Positions 1-10,532 of a DNA stretch of 64,000 bases are shown one piece after another. This DNA is from an uncultured delta proteobacterium (lineage in GTDB: Bacteria; Desulfobacterota; Desulfomonilia; UBA1062). The stretch is from the NCBI GenBank assembly GCA_963752595.1, contig CAVVYZ010000020.1, forward strand, positions 64,001 to 128,000, written 5' to 3'. The notes below the pieces were generated by a model, which was not told the DNA's origin, ran no database searches, and saw only the letters and a program-made list of their open reading frames with translations. Each line of letters starts with the position of its first letter. The stretch's first letter is position 1. The translations under genes were made by a program, and so were the position numbers.

Positions 1-810
1 CTGAGAAACGGGAATACGAAGCTCTATGTCAGAAATGAAGACTGGAGCAAGGTGGAGGAGTATAAGACCAGATACTTGAGCAGCATCCTCACAGACCCCA
101 AGGTGAGTGCCAGCGAGAAGGCCGATGTCGCTTTCTCCACGTCCATGAAGTCGATCCGGGAGGTCTTCGAGTCTACGGAAGAAAGGAACATCAAGCACGT
201 GGAGAAGAACGCAGAGGAAATGGTAAGGCTTATCCTCTGCGAAGACGAGGTCATGGACAATCTCATCTGGATCAACAGCCACGACCACTTTACCTACCAG
301 CACTCGGTCAGGGTGGGTATCTATGCAACAGCGCTTTCGCTCAAGCACTTCGGGTCAAAGCTGACAAAAAAGGAGATGGTGGATTTAAGTACAGGGTATT
401 TCCTTCACGACATCGGGATGGCGCAGGTGCCATTGAAAATCCTCGATAAAAGGACGCCGCTGACCCCTACGGAGTGGGGCATCATCAGGATGCATCCCAT
501 GTGGGGGTATGACAGGCTGCTCGAGACCGGCCACCTTACCCCTGAAGCTGCGGCCATCGTGCTCTCGCACCATGAACGGGATAACGGCAGCGGATATCCC
601 TTTGCGCGGGAAGGCGAGGGAATCCCGGTGTATGCGAAGATCTGCGCCATAGCGGACATGTTTGAATCCCTCACCGCAATAAGGCCTTACAGGCAGCAGA
701 GAGATCCGTTCCAGGCCTTGACACTGATGCAGCAAGAGATGGCCGATGAGTTCGATCCTGAACTGTTCAAAGCATTCGTCGTACTGCTCGGTCCAAAGGG
801 CGAAGCCTGA
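1..810 (+). CDS. HD-GYP domain c-di-GMP phosphodiesterase (5' partial)
   Basis: HSVRV, HDIG, HHER..GSGYP, IADMFESLT..RPY motifs; frame open from base 1. Confidence 0.9.
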   Translation: MRNGNTKLYVRNEDWSKVEEYKTRYLSSILTDPKVSASEKADVAFSTSMKSIREVFESTEERNIKHVEKNAEEMVRLILCEDEVMDNLIWINSHDHFTYQHSVRVGIYATALSLKHFGSKLTKKEMVDLSTGYFLHDIGMAQVPLKILDKRTPLTPTEWGIIRMHPMWGYDRLLETGHLTPEAAAIVLSHHERDNGSGYPFAREGEGIPVYAKICAIADMFESLTAIRPYRQQRDPFQALTLMQQEMADEFDPELFKAFVVLLGPKGEA

Positions 811-926
811 TTTTTCTCGGTCCCGGGAAAGGCACTTGCCCAAAACGCTCTAAAATGCCTCCTCTTTTTGCCGAATAGCGAAGCTCTTGCTTGACTTCAC
901 GGTTCATTCGTTGTTTATTCGCCAGT

Positions 927-1583
927 ATGTTTTTGATTGTATCAGGAGGAGATGCGCCTGATTGCGTCTTCCTGAAGGAAAAGGCCGGGAAGGCAAGGAT
1001 GGTCATAGCTGCCGATAAGGGCGCCGAGTATTGCCTTGACGCAGGAGTAAGGCCCGATCTTGTAGTGGGAGACATGGATTCCATCTCTCGCGCGGCCTAC
1101 GACGAGATAAAAAAATCAGGAATACCTCTGAAAGAGCATGACCCGTGCAAGGACCAGACCGATACGCAGCTCGCTTTGGAAGAGGCGTTCAGGCAGGGCG
1201 CACAGTGCATTGAGCTTACGGCCGCTACCGGGGACAGGTTCGACCACAGCCTCGCAAATGTCCATCTGCTCTATGCTGCCCGTGAACGCGGGATCGGCAT
1301 GTCGATCCTGTCGCAGACAAGCAGGATATTTCTTGTGGATTCGCTATATGAGGTTTCAGGCATGAAGGGGGCTACGGTTTCGCTGCTTCCTTTGACCATG
1401 GAGGTCGACGGCGTGAGCTTAAGCGGTTTCCAGTGGCCGCTGGAGAATGCCTCCATGAAGGTGGGTGATCCCTACGGGATCAGCAATAGAATACTGTCGG
1501 ATGAGGCCTTGATAGAAGTCCGCACAGGGATACTGATTATCACACTCTTCTTTCCCTTGAAACCGGGACGGGATAATGGGTAG
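927..1583 (+). CDS. thiN: thiamine diphosphokinase
   Basis: IAADKGA, VGDMDS, KDQTD, GDRFDHSLAN, GISN motifs. Confidence 0.9.
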   Translation: MFLIVSGGDAPDCVFLKEKAGKARMVIAADKGAEYCLDAGVRPDLVVGDMDSISRAAYDEIKKSGIPLKEHDPCKDQTDTQLALEEAFRQGAQCIELTAATGDRFDHSLANVHLLYAARERGIGMSILSQTSRIFLVDSLYEVSGMKGATVSLLPLTMEVDGVSLSGFQWPLENASMKVGDPYGISNRILSDEALIEVRTGILIITLFFPLKPGRDNG

Positions 1584-1662
1584 TGACAGCAAACTCGAGA
1601 AGGTGATATCCTTTGCGATAAAAAATGTAAGGGAAACGGATAGTGGAGTAAGGGAGGATACA

Positions 1663-2661
1663 TTGAAGAAGATACTCTTTGTAATCATGGTTCTGGTTTG
1701 TGTAATGTTTGTTGCGGGGTGCTCGAAATTCACCGGGGGAGACAAGGGCAAGGCTGCACTCAAATCCGACGTGGTGGCGCAGGTCGGAGATGACAAGATA
1801 ACGGCTCAGGATATCGAGGAAATACTCACACACATACCCATGCAGTACCGGACGAGATATTCTTCCGCCGAGGGCAGGAGAGAGATCGTAGACGGGCTGG
1901 TGAATATCAAGACGCTTGCGTGGGAAGCCAGAAAGCGGGGGATAGACAAGCAGAACAGCGTGCGGATGAAGATCAGCTACCTCACGGATCAGACCCTGGC
2001 AAAGGAGCTGGAGAACGAGCTCAAGAAGGCGTTCAAGGTCAGCGATGCCGAGATCGAAAAATACTATAACGATCACCAGGAAAAGTATGTAACACCTGAC
2101 CGCATCAAGGCGCGGCACATCCTGGTGGACAAAGAAGATCAGGCCCGCTCGCTGTTGAAGCAGATCAAGAAAGGGGCGGACTTCGAGCTTCTGGCAAAGC
2201 AGAATTCCAAGTGCCCGTCTGCCCCGAAGGGCGGAGATCTCGGGTGGTTCAGCAAGGGCAAGATGGACCCTGCTTTCGAGAAGGCGGCCTTTGTCCTGAA
2301 GAACGGCGAGGTGAGCGATGTGGTGAAGTCATCCTTCGGGTACCACATCATCAGGCTCGATGACCGGAGAGAGAACAAGACCAGGACGCTCGATCAGGTG
2401 AGGAGATCCATCGAGAGAATCATCCAGAGAGAGAAGATGGAAAAAGAGGTCAACGCCCTCAAAGAGAACATCAAGAAGCAGGCATCGGTTTCCGTGAACG
2501 ATGAGTACTTCAAGAAATTCGAAGGCCGGGCCCAGACTCAGACAGAAGATCCCGGATTTATGGGCCCGGGGTCCGGGCCGGGACCACAGCCTGCCCCGGT
2601 TCAGGCGCCTGTGCCGGGACCGGCAGCTTCACCGGCACCGCCTGCAGTCCAGGGAAGGTAA
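1663..2661 (+). CDS. parvulin-type peptidyl-prolyl isomerase lipoprotein (PrsA/PpiC-like)
   Basis: TTG start after GGAGG; lipobox VAGC; ARHILV, GGDLGWF, FGYHII; Pro-rich tail. Confidence 0.9.
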   Translation: MKKILFVIMVLVCVMFVAGCSKFTGGDKGKAALKSDVVAQVGDDKITAQDIEEILTHIPMQYRTRYSSAEGRREIVDGLVNIKTLAWEARKRGIDKQNSVRMKISYLTDQTLAKELENELKKAFKVSDAEIEKYYNDHQEKYVTPDRIKARHILVDKEDQARSLLKQIKKGADFELLAKQNSKCPSAPKGGDLGWFSKGKMDPAFEKAAFVLKNGEVSDVVKSSFGYHIIRLDDRRENKTRTLDQVRRSIERIIQREKMEKEVNALKENIKKQASVSVNDEYFKKFEGRAQTQTEDPGFMGPGSGPGPQPAPVQAPVPGPAASPAPPAVQGR

Positions 2662-2674
2662 AGGGAGAGGAATC

Positions 2675-3898
2675 TTGGCATTATATACCTGGAGCGGATA
2701 TACGGAAAAAGGCAAGGTCACCCGCGGGATGATGGATGCCGTGTCCCTCAGGGAGGCCAAGCTCAAACTTCGTTCTCAGGGGGTATTCGTCAGTGCGATC
2801 GACGAAGAGGCCACATCGCAGACGCCGCTCGTAAGGGACATCTCGCTGAAGCGGTTTCTGGGAAGGGTCAAGCTCGAGGATCTCACGGTCATGACGCGGC
2901 AGCTATCCACCCTGGTGGGCGCATCGATCCCACTGGTGGAATGCTTGGACGCACTCTACGAGCAGACAGAATCACCTGCCATGAAGAAGACCGTGGCCCA
3001 GGTGAGGGATTCGGTCAACGAGGGATTATCTTTTGCCGATTCCTTAGGCCAGCATAAGAGAATATTTTCGGATCTGTACGTGAACATGGTCCGCTCGGGC
3101 GAGGCGAGCGGCGCCCTCGACGTCGTGCTGCTGAGGCTCGCCGAGTTTCTGGAGGGCCAGCACCGGCTGAGGGCAAAGGTGGGCGCCGCACTGGTCTATC
3201 CCCTTGTGCTTCTGTGTGTCTCGGGCTTTGTGCTTTTCTATCTCCTGACAGCGGTCGTGCCGCAGGTCGTGGGCATGTTCGAGAACATGGGCCAGAAACT
3301 GCCGCTCCCCACCCGCGTTCTCATCTGGATAAGCGACTTTCTCGGTGCCACGTGGTGGATAATCGCAAGCCTTCTCATTGTCACAATCGTTCTCTTCATG
3401 CGCTGGAAACAGACCGAGCGCGGCGCATTGCGGTTCGACCGGTTCAGGATGAACGTCCCGATTTACGGCGCCGTCTACCGGAAGGTATCTGTCGCCCGTT
3501 TCGCCAGGACGCTCGGCACCTTGCTCTCTTCCGGGGTGCCCATCATCGAATCCATGAAGATCGTCAAAACGGTCGTGCAGAACAAGGTCATGGAGGCTTC
3601 CATTGAAGCCTCTACTGCGGAAGTCATGGAGGGGTCGAGTATCGCCGCTCCCTTGAAAAAATCCGGGGTGTTCCCGCCCATCATCATCCACATGATCAGT
3701 ACCGGAGAAAAAAGCGGGACCCTGGAAGAGATGCTCATCAAGGCTGCAGATGCATACGAGGAGGATGTGGAGACCGCTGTTGCAGGGCTCACATCGGTTC
3801 TCGAACCGTTCATGATCGTGATCATGGGCGCAATCGTGGGTTCCATCGTGCTGGCAATACTCCTGCCCATGCTGGAAATGAGCACCATAGTCCGATAG
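2675..3898 (+). CDS. gspF: type II secretion inner-membrane platform protein GspF
   Basis: [32 protein letters not shown]; TTG start after GGGAGAGG. Confidence 0.93.
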   Translation: MALYTWSGYTEKGKVTRGMMDAVSLREAKLKLRSQGVFVSAIDEEATSQTPLVRDISLKRFLGRVKLEDLTVMTRQLSTLVGASIPLVECLDALYEQTESPAMKKTVAQVRDSVNEGLSFADSLGQHKRIFSDLYVNMVRSGEASGALDVVLLRLAEFLEGQHRLRAKVGAALVYPLVLLCVSGFVLFYLLTAVVPQVVGMFENMGQKLPLPTRVLIWISDFLGATWWIIASLLIVTIVLFMRWKQTERGALRFDRFRMNVPIYGAVYRKVSVARFARTLGTLLSSGVPIIESMKIVKTVVQNKVMEASIEASTAEVMEGSSIAAPLKKSGVFPPIIIHMISTGEKSGTLEEMLIKAADAYEEDVETAVAGLTSVLEPFMIVIMGAIVGSIVLAILLPMLEMSTIVR

Positions 3899-3914
3899 GA
3901 TGGAGGATGAACAG

Positions 3915-4367
3915 ATGAAAAACAAAGGGTTTACCCTTCTGGAATTATTGGTGGTTATCGTCATACTCGGCATACTCGCCACCTTTGTCGGCACCCGGAT
4001 CATGGGTAAGCCTGAAGAGGCACGGCAGACCCAGGCCAAGATCCAGATCCAGTCGCTAGAGGGCGCGCTGAACATGTACCGGCTCGACAACGGCGATTAT
4101 CCTTCGACAGAGCAGGGCTTGAAGGCCCTGGTTGAAAAGCCTGCCGGGGGGAATATCCCCAGGAAATGGAGGGAAGGCGGATACCTCGATAAACCCAAGG
4201 TTCCCAAGGACCCGTGGAACGACGATTATGCCTACCTGTGTCCCGGAATGAGGAATACCAACGGTTTTGACCTGTTTTCCTACGGAGCTGACGGTCAGCC
4301 CGGCGGAGAGGGCAAGGATGCGGATATCGGAAACTGGGAAAGCGAAGGCGAGAGCTATCAGCAATAA
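3915..4367 (+). CDS. gspG: T2SS major pseudopilin GspG
   Basis: [10 protein letters not shown] prepilin motif; [20 protein letters not shown]. Confidence 0.95.
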   Translation: MKNKGFTLLELLVVIVILGILATFVGTRIMGKPEEARQTQAKIQIQSLEGALNMYRLDNGDYPSTEQGLKALVEKPAGGNIPRKWREGGYLDKPKVPKDPWNDDYAYLCPGMRNTNGFDLFSYGADGQPGGEGKDADIGNWESEGESYQQ

Positions 4368-4851
4368 GGCCTTCACTCTCATCGAGCTGCTCGTCGTCAT
4401 CGTGATCCTCGGCATTACGGTGGGATACATCGGGCCGAAGCTCTTTGCCGGCCTCTCCACATCAAACATGGATAAGGCGTCCCGGGAGATCCTCACGATC
4501 ATCCAGTACGCCAGGTCAAGCGCCGTAACCCAGCACAAGCCTTACTACATCCGCTTCGATATCGATCACTCAAGCGTCGGCCTGTATCCAAAGCCCGAGA
4601 AGTCGGGCGAGATAGAGATGCTCAAAGAAAAGGAGCTCCCGGAAGGAGTGGTTCTGAAAAGCGTAAAAAGTCCGTATCAGAGCGAGAAGCTCGAAGGCAA
4701 GGCGGATATCCTGGTTACCCCGGAGGGGGTGGTCGAACAGGGCGTCATCTACCTTGAAGGGGCATTGGGGAGCATTTATACCATGGTCATAAAACCTTTT
4801 TCCGGCATGCTCACCGTGTATGACCACTATGTCGAGGTGCTCCATGAATAA
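4318..4851 (+). CDS. gspH: T2SS minor pseudopilin GspH
   Basis: [10 protein letters not shown] prepilin motif; follows gspG. Confidence 0.8.
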   Translation: MRISETGKAKARAISNKAFTLIELLVVIVILGITVGYIGPKLFAGLSTSNMDKASREILTIIQYARSSAVTQHKPYYIRFDIDHSSVGLYPKPEKSGEIEMLKEKELPEGVVLKSVKSPYQSEKLEGKADILVTPEGVVEQGVIYLEGALGSIYTMVIKPFSGMLTVYDHYVEVLHE

Positions 4852-5167
4852 GGGATTTACGCTCATCGAAGTGCTGGTTGCCCTGGTGATCCTGGGTATC
4901 GCCTTCACCTGGCTCATTATCGGGACGAACCAGTCCATCGACATGGCGACGAGATCGAAATTCATCACCACATCGACCCTGCTCGCCCAGAAGCGCATCG
5001 CGGATGTCGTATCGAGCGGCTTGGAAAAGGCTCCGGGGAGCAATCAGGGTGACTTCGGCGAAGATTACCCGGGGTATAAATATACCGAAAACATCGAATC
5101 GACCCCGCTGGAAGGGTGCCGGAAGTACACGTTGACGCTCAAATGGGGGGAAGCGCAGCAATCTTGA
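4844..5167 (+). CDS. gspI: T2SS minor pseudopilin GspI (3' end possibly frameshifted at G6 tract)
   Basis: GFTLIEVLVAL motif; operon order. Confidence 0.8.
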   Translation: MNKGFTLIEVLVALVILGIAFTWLIIGTNQSIDMATRSKFITTSTLLAQKRIADVVSSGLEKAPGSNQGDFGEDYPGYKYTENIESTPLEGCRKYTLTLKWGEAQQS

Positions 5168-5880
5168 GACGCAATTTACCGCATTTCTTTCATCCAAATA
5201 AGAGGGGCTTCACCCTTATCGAGGTGATCATGGCCCTTGCTATCGGGGCGATCATCCTGACGGTCGTGAATATGGCTTTCTTCGGGTCTCACCGGAAGAT
5301 CGAGGCCGTGAGCAATGAGCGGCAGACCTACCAGATGGTGAGGATCGTCATGGATCGCATGGTAAAAGACCTGGTATGCGCCTATATACCGGCCCCGGGC
5401 GACCCCCCACGGCAGATGAGCGAGGAGGAGATCTCGATGTACCGTTTCGTAGGCACGGACGATTCGAGCGATTCGGTCGACAAGGACGGAATTCATTTCA
5501 CCACCACGGCCGACCTCGGGCTCCCGGGGAGCATGGGCGGCACCTGTGATGTGGGGTATTATCTCAAGGAAATGGAATCAGAAAAAGACCGGTACGTCAT
5601 CATCAGGTCCGAAGACTGCATGCCTCATCAGGGTGTGAGCGAGACCGGCAAGGAAATGGAGGTCGCAGAGGGCGTCATCTCCATGGATATCAAGTACGTG
5701 GATGGCGAATCCAAGGAGAACGATACCTGGGACCTTGCCGAGAAGCTCTGCCTCCCCAAAGAGGTGAAGGTGACCATCACCTTTGACGTCGAGGGCAAGC
5801 CCTTGAGTTTTACCGGCGTGGCCTTCCTTCCCCTGTCAGATCTCCCGAAGCTCGTCCGGGGCCAGGAGGAAGGTCCATGA
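5164..5880 (+). CDS. gspJ: T2SS minor pseudopilin GspJ
   Basis: GFTLIEVIMAL motif; operon order; start uncertain. Confidence 0.8.
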   Translation: MRRNLPHFFHPNKRGFTLIEVIMALAIGAIILTVVNMAFFGSHRKIEAVSNERQTYQMVRIVMDRMVKDLVCAYIPAPGDPPRQMSEEEISMYRFVGTDDSSDSVDKDGIHFTTTADLGLPGSMGGTCDVGYYLKEMESEKDRYVIIRSEDCMPHQGVSETGKEMEVAEGVISMDIKYVDGESKENDTWDLAEKLCLPKEVKVTITFDVEGKPLSFTGVAFLPLSDLPKLVRGQEEGP

Positions 5881-6866
5881 GATACACGGAGCTTGTGCTG
5901 AAGGATAAGCAAGGGGCCGTGCTCCTCCTCGTGCTTGCAACCGTGGCGCTCTTTACGGTCATGGTGGTCAATTTCAGCGCAGACCAGGGTCTGGACATCG
6001 AGCTGGCCTACAACTTCCGGGATTCTGCCCAGGCCCAGTATATTGCCCGTTCAGGCATCGAAGCGGCCAAGGCGATCTTGGAAAAGGACGACAAAGCCTA
6101 TGACTCCGAAGATGAGGAATGGGGGGAGTTTCCCGAATATGCCATTGCTGCTTCCGGCTACCTCGACGGTCCGGTGTTCACCGGGGTTCTGACGGACGAG
6201 AGCGGCAAATTCGATCTCAATGCTCTCGGGATCCAGGGAGAACAGGGGAACCAGGCCTTCAGGCAAGCCCAATTCATACGGCTCCTGGATGTCCTCGATA
6301 TAGATATGAACGAAAGCGAGAAGAAGGAACTGGCAGATTCGGTCAAGGACTGGGTAGACAAGGACGACGAAGAAACAGAATCCGGCGCAGAGAACGAATA
6401 CTACCAGTCCCTGGACCACCCCTATGAATGCAAGAACGCCCCCATGGACAGTCCGGAAGAAATCCTTCTCGTGAAAGGGATGAAGCCCGAATACTATTAC
6501 GGCACGGAAAACCACGAAGGGCTCGGCAAGTACGTGACGGCGGGGAAAGGGGGCAAGATCAATATCAACACCGCATCCGACGCAGTGCTTATGAGCATAT
6601 CCGAATCCATAACCGAGGACGTGGTGGAAGAAATCAAGGATTGCAGGCCTTTTATGCAGGAGAGCTTCGAGTGCATTCGGAGCTTGAATTTCAGCGACAC
6701 TTCTGATGATATGAAGTGGATCAAGAGCGCCATCGGGATCAATAGCAGCCGCTTCTGTGCGGACATGAAGGGCAGCATGCCCTCGGGCGCCCAGGTGAAT
6801 ATAAAGGCAATACTGGAGCGCAATAACAGTGACTCTGTTCGAATAGTGTATTATAAGATATACTGA
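5877..6866 (+). CDS. gspK: T2SS minor pseudopilin GspK
   Basis: GAVLLLVL N-terminus; DESGKFDLN, DWVDKD, GAENEYY, ININTAS. Confidence 0.92.
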   Translation: MRYTELVLKDKQGAVLLLVLATVALFTVMVVNFSADQGLDIELAYNFRDSAQAQYIARSGIEAAKAILEKDDKAYDSEDEEWGEFPEYAIAASGYLDGPVFTGVLTDESGKFDLNALGIQGEQGNQAFRQAQFIRLLDVLDIDMNESEKKELADSVKDWVDKDDEETESGAENEYYQSLDHPYECKNAPMDSPEEILLVKGMKPEYYYGTENHEGLGKYVTAGKGGKININTASDAVLMSISESITEDVVEEIKDCRPFMQESFECIRSLNFSDTSDDMKWIKSAIGINSSRFCADMKGSMPSGAQVNIKAILERNNSDSVRIVYYKIY

Positions 6867-6885
6867 CTTTTACGTAGGATGGATA

Positions 6886-8412
6886 ATGGCAAGATATTCG
6901 GTAGGTATATACTGGGATAATGTTTCCCTGCATGCGTGCCTCATCAGGGTGGGGGCTCCCGAACTCACCATAGAGAGGATTGCCTCCTTGCCCAGGGAGT
7001 ACGATGAACGCTATGCGCCCAAGAAACCCATATCGGAAGAGATACCGGCGCTTCTCAAGGATGCGTTGATCGAACCCCTCGATACGTTCGTGGTGAGTCT
7101 CCCCGAGAGGGAAACCATGCACCGCTCGCTGCTGCGTCCTTTCGGTGACCGCAAAAAGATTGCACAGACCATCGCCCCCGAGGTGGAGACATTATTGCCC
7201 GTCATGGACGGGAAGATTATCGTCGACTATGTCCTTTTGGGAAAAGACGAGGCAGGGCTCCATCATATAGAGGCAATCGCGGTCAGGCACGCGTCGGCCT
7301 CGGCGCTCATTCGGGATATGAACGCAGCAGGCATCGACCCCGAGATTATCGATTCCCCTTCTGCAGCACTTCTGGCAGGTGCACGGAAGGTTTTCAAGCT
7401 TGAGCGCGATACCACCTATCTGTGTCTTCACATGGGATGGCAGGACACGTCGCTCGCAGTGCTCGAAGGGACTAAAGTCAAATATACCGGTGCGTTTCCC
7501 TACGGGTTCGAGAAGATCGCCTTGAGCCTGTTCGGGAATACGGCGCTCCCTTACGGTCAGTTGAATGAGAAGCTTAAAGAAGGCATTGAAGCGGGCGAGA
7601 TCCTGGATGCGTATATCAGGGAGGTGCTCATAGCCCTGTCCCGTATCGGCTCGAAAGAGCAAAACCTTGTCCTGATCCTCACGGGGTATGCGCATTCCAT
7701 CAAGGACCTCCCGGCGTATTTCAAGAAAGCTGCCGATATCACCACAGACCTCCCGGAGCAGAACAGTGTCCGCGGAGACGCCGGTATCAACGAAATTCTG
7801 GGCCGTTTCATGCCTCTTTCCCTTGCATGCAGGGGCATCGACAATACCGACGTGCTCAATTTCCGGCAAAACGATCTTGCCTATACCAAGAAGATGGAGT
7901 GGATAAAGGGCTATGCAGGGACATGGACCAAGGTAGCTGCGGTTTTCGTCATCCTGTGGCTCTTCGGCCTCGGCCTGAACATTTCCGCCAATTCCCGTAT
8001 CAACAGCCGGCTTACCAAGCTCATAAACAAGGAATTCAGCGCTGTCATGCCTCCCGGCACCCCAATGACAAAGGATGTCGCGATGCAGATGGAGCAGCAT
8101 CTGACAAAGATATCACGCAGCGGCGGAACCTCTTCCATGAACGGCGGGGATTCGCCCCTGGAGATTATTGCGGACATCAGCGAACGCATACCGAAGACCG
8201 TCGACGTACTCGTGGATACGGTCAGCATTGATGAAAACGCCATTACCATAACCGGGAACGCGGGTTCCTACGACAATGTCGAGCGGATGAAGGAAAGCCT
8301 CGCAGGCCTTTCCTATATAGCAGACGTAAAGATCGTGTCGGCGAACGTGGACAAAAACGATCAGCGGGTAGGGTTGAAACTGGTATGCAGCAAAAAATCG
8401 AACAATTCATAA
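6886..8412 (+). CDS. gspL: T2SS protein GspL (PilM-like actin fold plus PilN-like C-terminus)
   Basis: Follows gspK; cytoplasmic domain, one TM, periplasmic domain. Confidence 0.75.
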   Translation: MARYSVGIYWDNVSLHACLIRVGAPELTIERIASLPREYDERYAPKKPISEEIPALLKDALIEPLDTFVVSLPERETMHRSLLRPFGDRKKIAQTIAPEVETLLPVMDGKIIVDYVLLGKDEAGLHHIEAIAVRHASASALIRDMNAAGIDPEIIDSPSAALLAGARKVFKLERDTTYLCLHMGWQDTSLAVLEGTKVKYTGAFPYGFEKIALSLFGNTALPYGQLNEKLKEGIEAGEILDAYIREVLIALSRIGSKEQNLVLILTGYAHSIKDLPAYFKKAADITTDLPEQNSVRGDAGINEILGRFMPLSLACRGIDNTDVLNFRQNDLAYTKKMEWIKGYAGTWTKVAAVFVILWLFGLGLNISANSRINSRLTKLINKEFSAVMPPGTPMTKDVAMQMEQHLTKISRSGGTSSMNGGDSPLEIIADISERIPKTVDVLVDTVSIDENAITITGNAGSYDNVERMKESLAGLSYIADVKIVSANVDKNDQRVGLKLVCSKKSNNS

Positions 8413-8942
8413 AACAATTCATAAAACAAGGTAAGGAGTATTTCCAAAGCCTCACCCAACGCGAGAAGATCGTGCTTCTGGCGGTGGGGGCCGTGCTCTC
8501 GGCATCCATCCTCATCGGAGGTGTGCTTTCCCCCATGATGAGCTACCGCGCAAAGCTCGATAATTCGGTGAGCGTCAAGGATGACCAGCTGAGAAAGGTG
8601 TACGAACTTTCTGCCAGGATCAAGGCTGTCACGGAGAGTACGAGAAACAATGGGGCCATGCAGTCTGCGAACTTCACCCTTTTCGGATTTCTCGAGGAGC
8701 TTGCAGCCAAGATCAAGGTCAATGACCGGATCGAATACATGAAGCCGGTCAATGACATGGACGGTTCTACCAGGGAGGCAGTGGAGGTAAAGATACGGTC
8801 AGTCTACCAGGAAGATCTCATCAGCCTGCTGTACGACATCGAGCACTGCCCCTATTCACTCGTGATAAAGCGGATGAATATCCGGCGTATAGAGAGGGAC
8901 AGTAATCTCGATGTAATCCTCGAGGTGGTCCGCTATGGCTGA
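8385..8942 (+). CDS. gspM: T2SS protein GspM
   Basis: LTQREK motif before a single TM; operon order. Confidence 0.75.
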   Translation: MQQKIEQFIKQFIKQGKEYFQSLTQREKIVLLAVGAVLSASILIGGVLSPMMSYRAKLDNSVSVKDDQLRKVYELSARIKAVTESTRNNGAMQSANFTLFGFLEELAAKIKVNDRIEYMKPVNDMDGSTREAVEVKIRSVYQEDLISLLYDIEHCPYSLVIKRMNIRRIERDSNLDVILEVVRYG

Positions 8943-9786
8943 GGTCAAGAGGGGCTCGCCTCTTCTGGAGAAGATCGGGATCACCATTTTTTTCCTCATA
9001 TGCCTGGTGCTCTTCACATATATACGCTTTCCCTACGATGCATTCAGGGGCCGCCTGGAAAACACGATAAGTTCAATGGTAGGACAGCCGGTAACGCTGG
9101 GGCGTGTCCACTCACGGCTGCTCTTCGGTTTCAAAGTCGACGGCTTGAGCATCAATGAGGTTGTATGTGCAAAGGAGCTTCTCCTTAAGCCCCATCTCTT
9201 TTCGCTGCTGACCGGCAGGATAGGGATGGATGTGAAGGCCCTGTTCCCGGCGGGAAGCCTCGCATGCTCCTTCGATAAGCCGTACGGCTCAGCAAAGAGG
9301 CCTGTATATGCGAAAGTGAAGATGGATAAAGTCGATTCCGCCCTCATCCATACCCTTTTTGCCACCGGCTTTCAGCCAAAGGGGCTCATGTCCGGTTCCA
9401 TCGAATTAATGGGCCCGAATACCTTGCTCAGCGAAATGAGCGGCAAGTCCAATATCGTATGGAATGACGGATTTTTCCCGCTGCCCGGATCCCAGCTTCC
9501 TATGGACGGGCTCAAGTTCAAAGTCATGGAGATGAACTCCCGCATAGAAAGAGGCCTCCTCACCCTTGAAAAGATGGAACTGAAAGGGGACATGTCCGGG
9601 ACCATGAGCGGAGCCATCAGGATGATGGACCCGTTTGCACGTTCGCGGCTGAATCTTACGGGAACGATGAATCTCCCTCCGGGATCGGCCCCATCCACGG
9701 ATGCCGGTTTTCAGCAGGGAATAAAGTTCAGTCTCAGAGGCACCCTCGACAGGCCCAGGTTCCGTATCCTGGGTTCTCCGAGATAA
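8935..9786 (+). CDS. gspN: T2SS protein GspN
   Basis: N-terminal TM followed by FPY; beta-rich; last in operon. Confidence 0.7.
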   Translation: MAEVKRGSPLLEKIGITIFFLICLVLFTYIRFPYDAFRGRLENTISSMVGQPVTLGRVHSRLLFGFKVDGLSINEVVCAKELLLKPHLFSLLTGRIGMDVKALFPAGSLACSFDKPYGSAKRPVYAKVKMDKVDSALIHTLFATGFQPKGLMSGSIELMGPNTLLSEMSGKSNIVWNDGFFPLPGSQLPMDGLKFKVMEMNSRIERGLLTLEKMELKGDMSGTMSGAIRMMDPFARSRLNLTGTMNLPPGSAPSTDAGFQQGIKFSLRGTLDRPRFRILGSPR

Positions 9787-9854
9787 GACAGGCAAAACAA
9801 TATTAAAGAGATAGAATTTATTTTCCGAAAAAAAAGAATTGATAAGGTGATCAT

Positions 9855-10532
9855 ATGATGGAACGAAGTATCTTCAAAAAGACATTTCCCGAAGCGATAC
9901 GGCTTTCCTGGGAAGATGTCGAGGATCTTTTGTGGGAAATCTATGTTTCAATGAGAACTTCCGGGTACAGACCGGATGTCGTGATCGGTGTCGCACGCGG
10001 CGGGCTCGTCCCGGCACGCATCCTCGTTGATTACCTGCAGAACAAGTATATATGCACCTTCCAGATGGGCCATTGGGTAGAGGGGAAAGACTTGAGCGAA
10101 AAGCCCACCATCGTGTTTCCTTTGCCCGAGGTGGATCTCTCGGATAAAAAAATCCTCCTCGTTGATGATGTCAGTGATGAAGGCGGGACCATGGAAGAAG
10201 CGGTGCACTATCTTTCCGAACGAGTCGGCGACGTCAAGACCGCTGTCCTGATCAACAAGGCCGATTCGAAGTTCCGGACGGATTTCTGCCCGAAAATCAT
10301 GAACCGGTGGCGGTGGGTAATATTCCCGTGGTCAAAGCACGAAGACCTCCTTTCGTTTACGGAAAAAGTGCTCCAGCTCACCGGAGGCGTGGCCATCGAG
10401 GACATCATAAGGATTCTTGAAGAATCTTTGTCGGTCGAGATCATGACGCACGAGATCGAGAAGGTGCTCTTCGACATGAGACAGGCAGGAGAGGTAACCG
10501 AGGATAAAGACAGGATATGGAGCTTGATCTAG
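9855..10532 (+). CDS. type I phosphoribosyltransferase
   Basis: VARGGLVPA, ILLVDDVSDEGGT PRPP loop, WVIFPW. Confidence 0.88.
   Translation: MMERSIFKKTFPEAIRLSWEDVEDLLWEIYVSMRTSGYRPDVVIGVARGGLVPARILVDYLQNKYICTFQMGHWVEGKDLSEKPTIVFPLPEVDLSDKKILLVDDVSDEGGTMEEAVHYLSERVGDVKTAVLINKADSKFRTDFCPKIMNRWRWVIFPWSKHEDLLSFTEKVLQLTGGVAIEDIIRILEESLSVEIMTHEIEKVLFDMRQAGEVTEDKDRIWSLI

Noticed and set aside
8401-8429. 12-bp tandem repeat AACAATTCATAA at the gspL/gspM overlap
   Set aside because: About 2.4 in-frame copies (QFIK), a local duplication with no sign of function.
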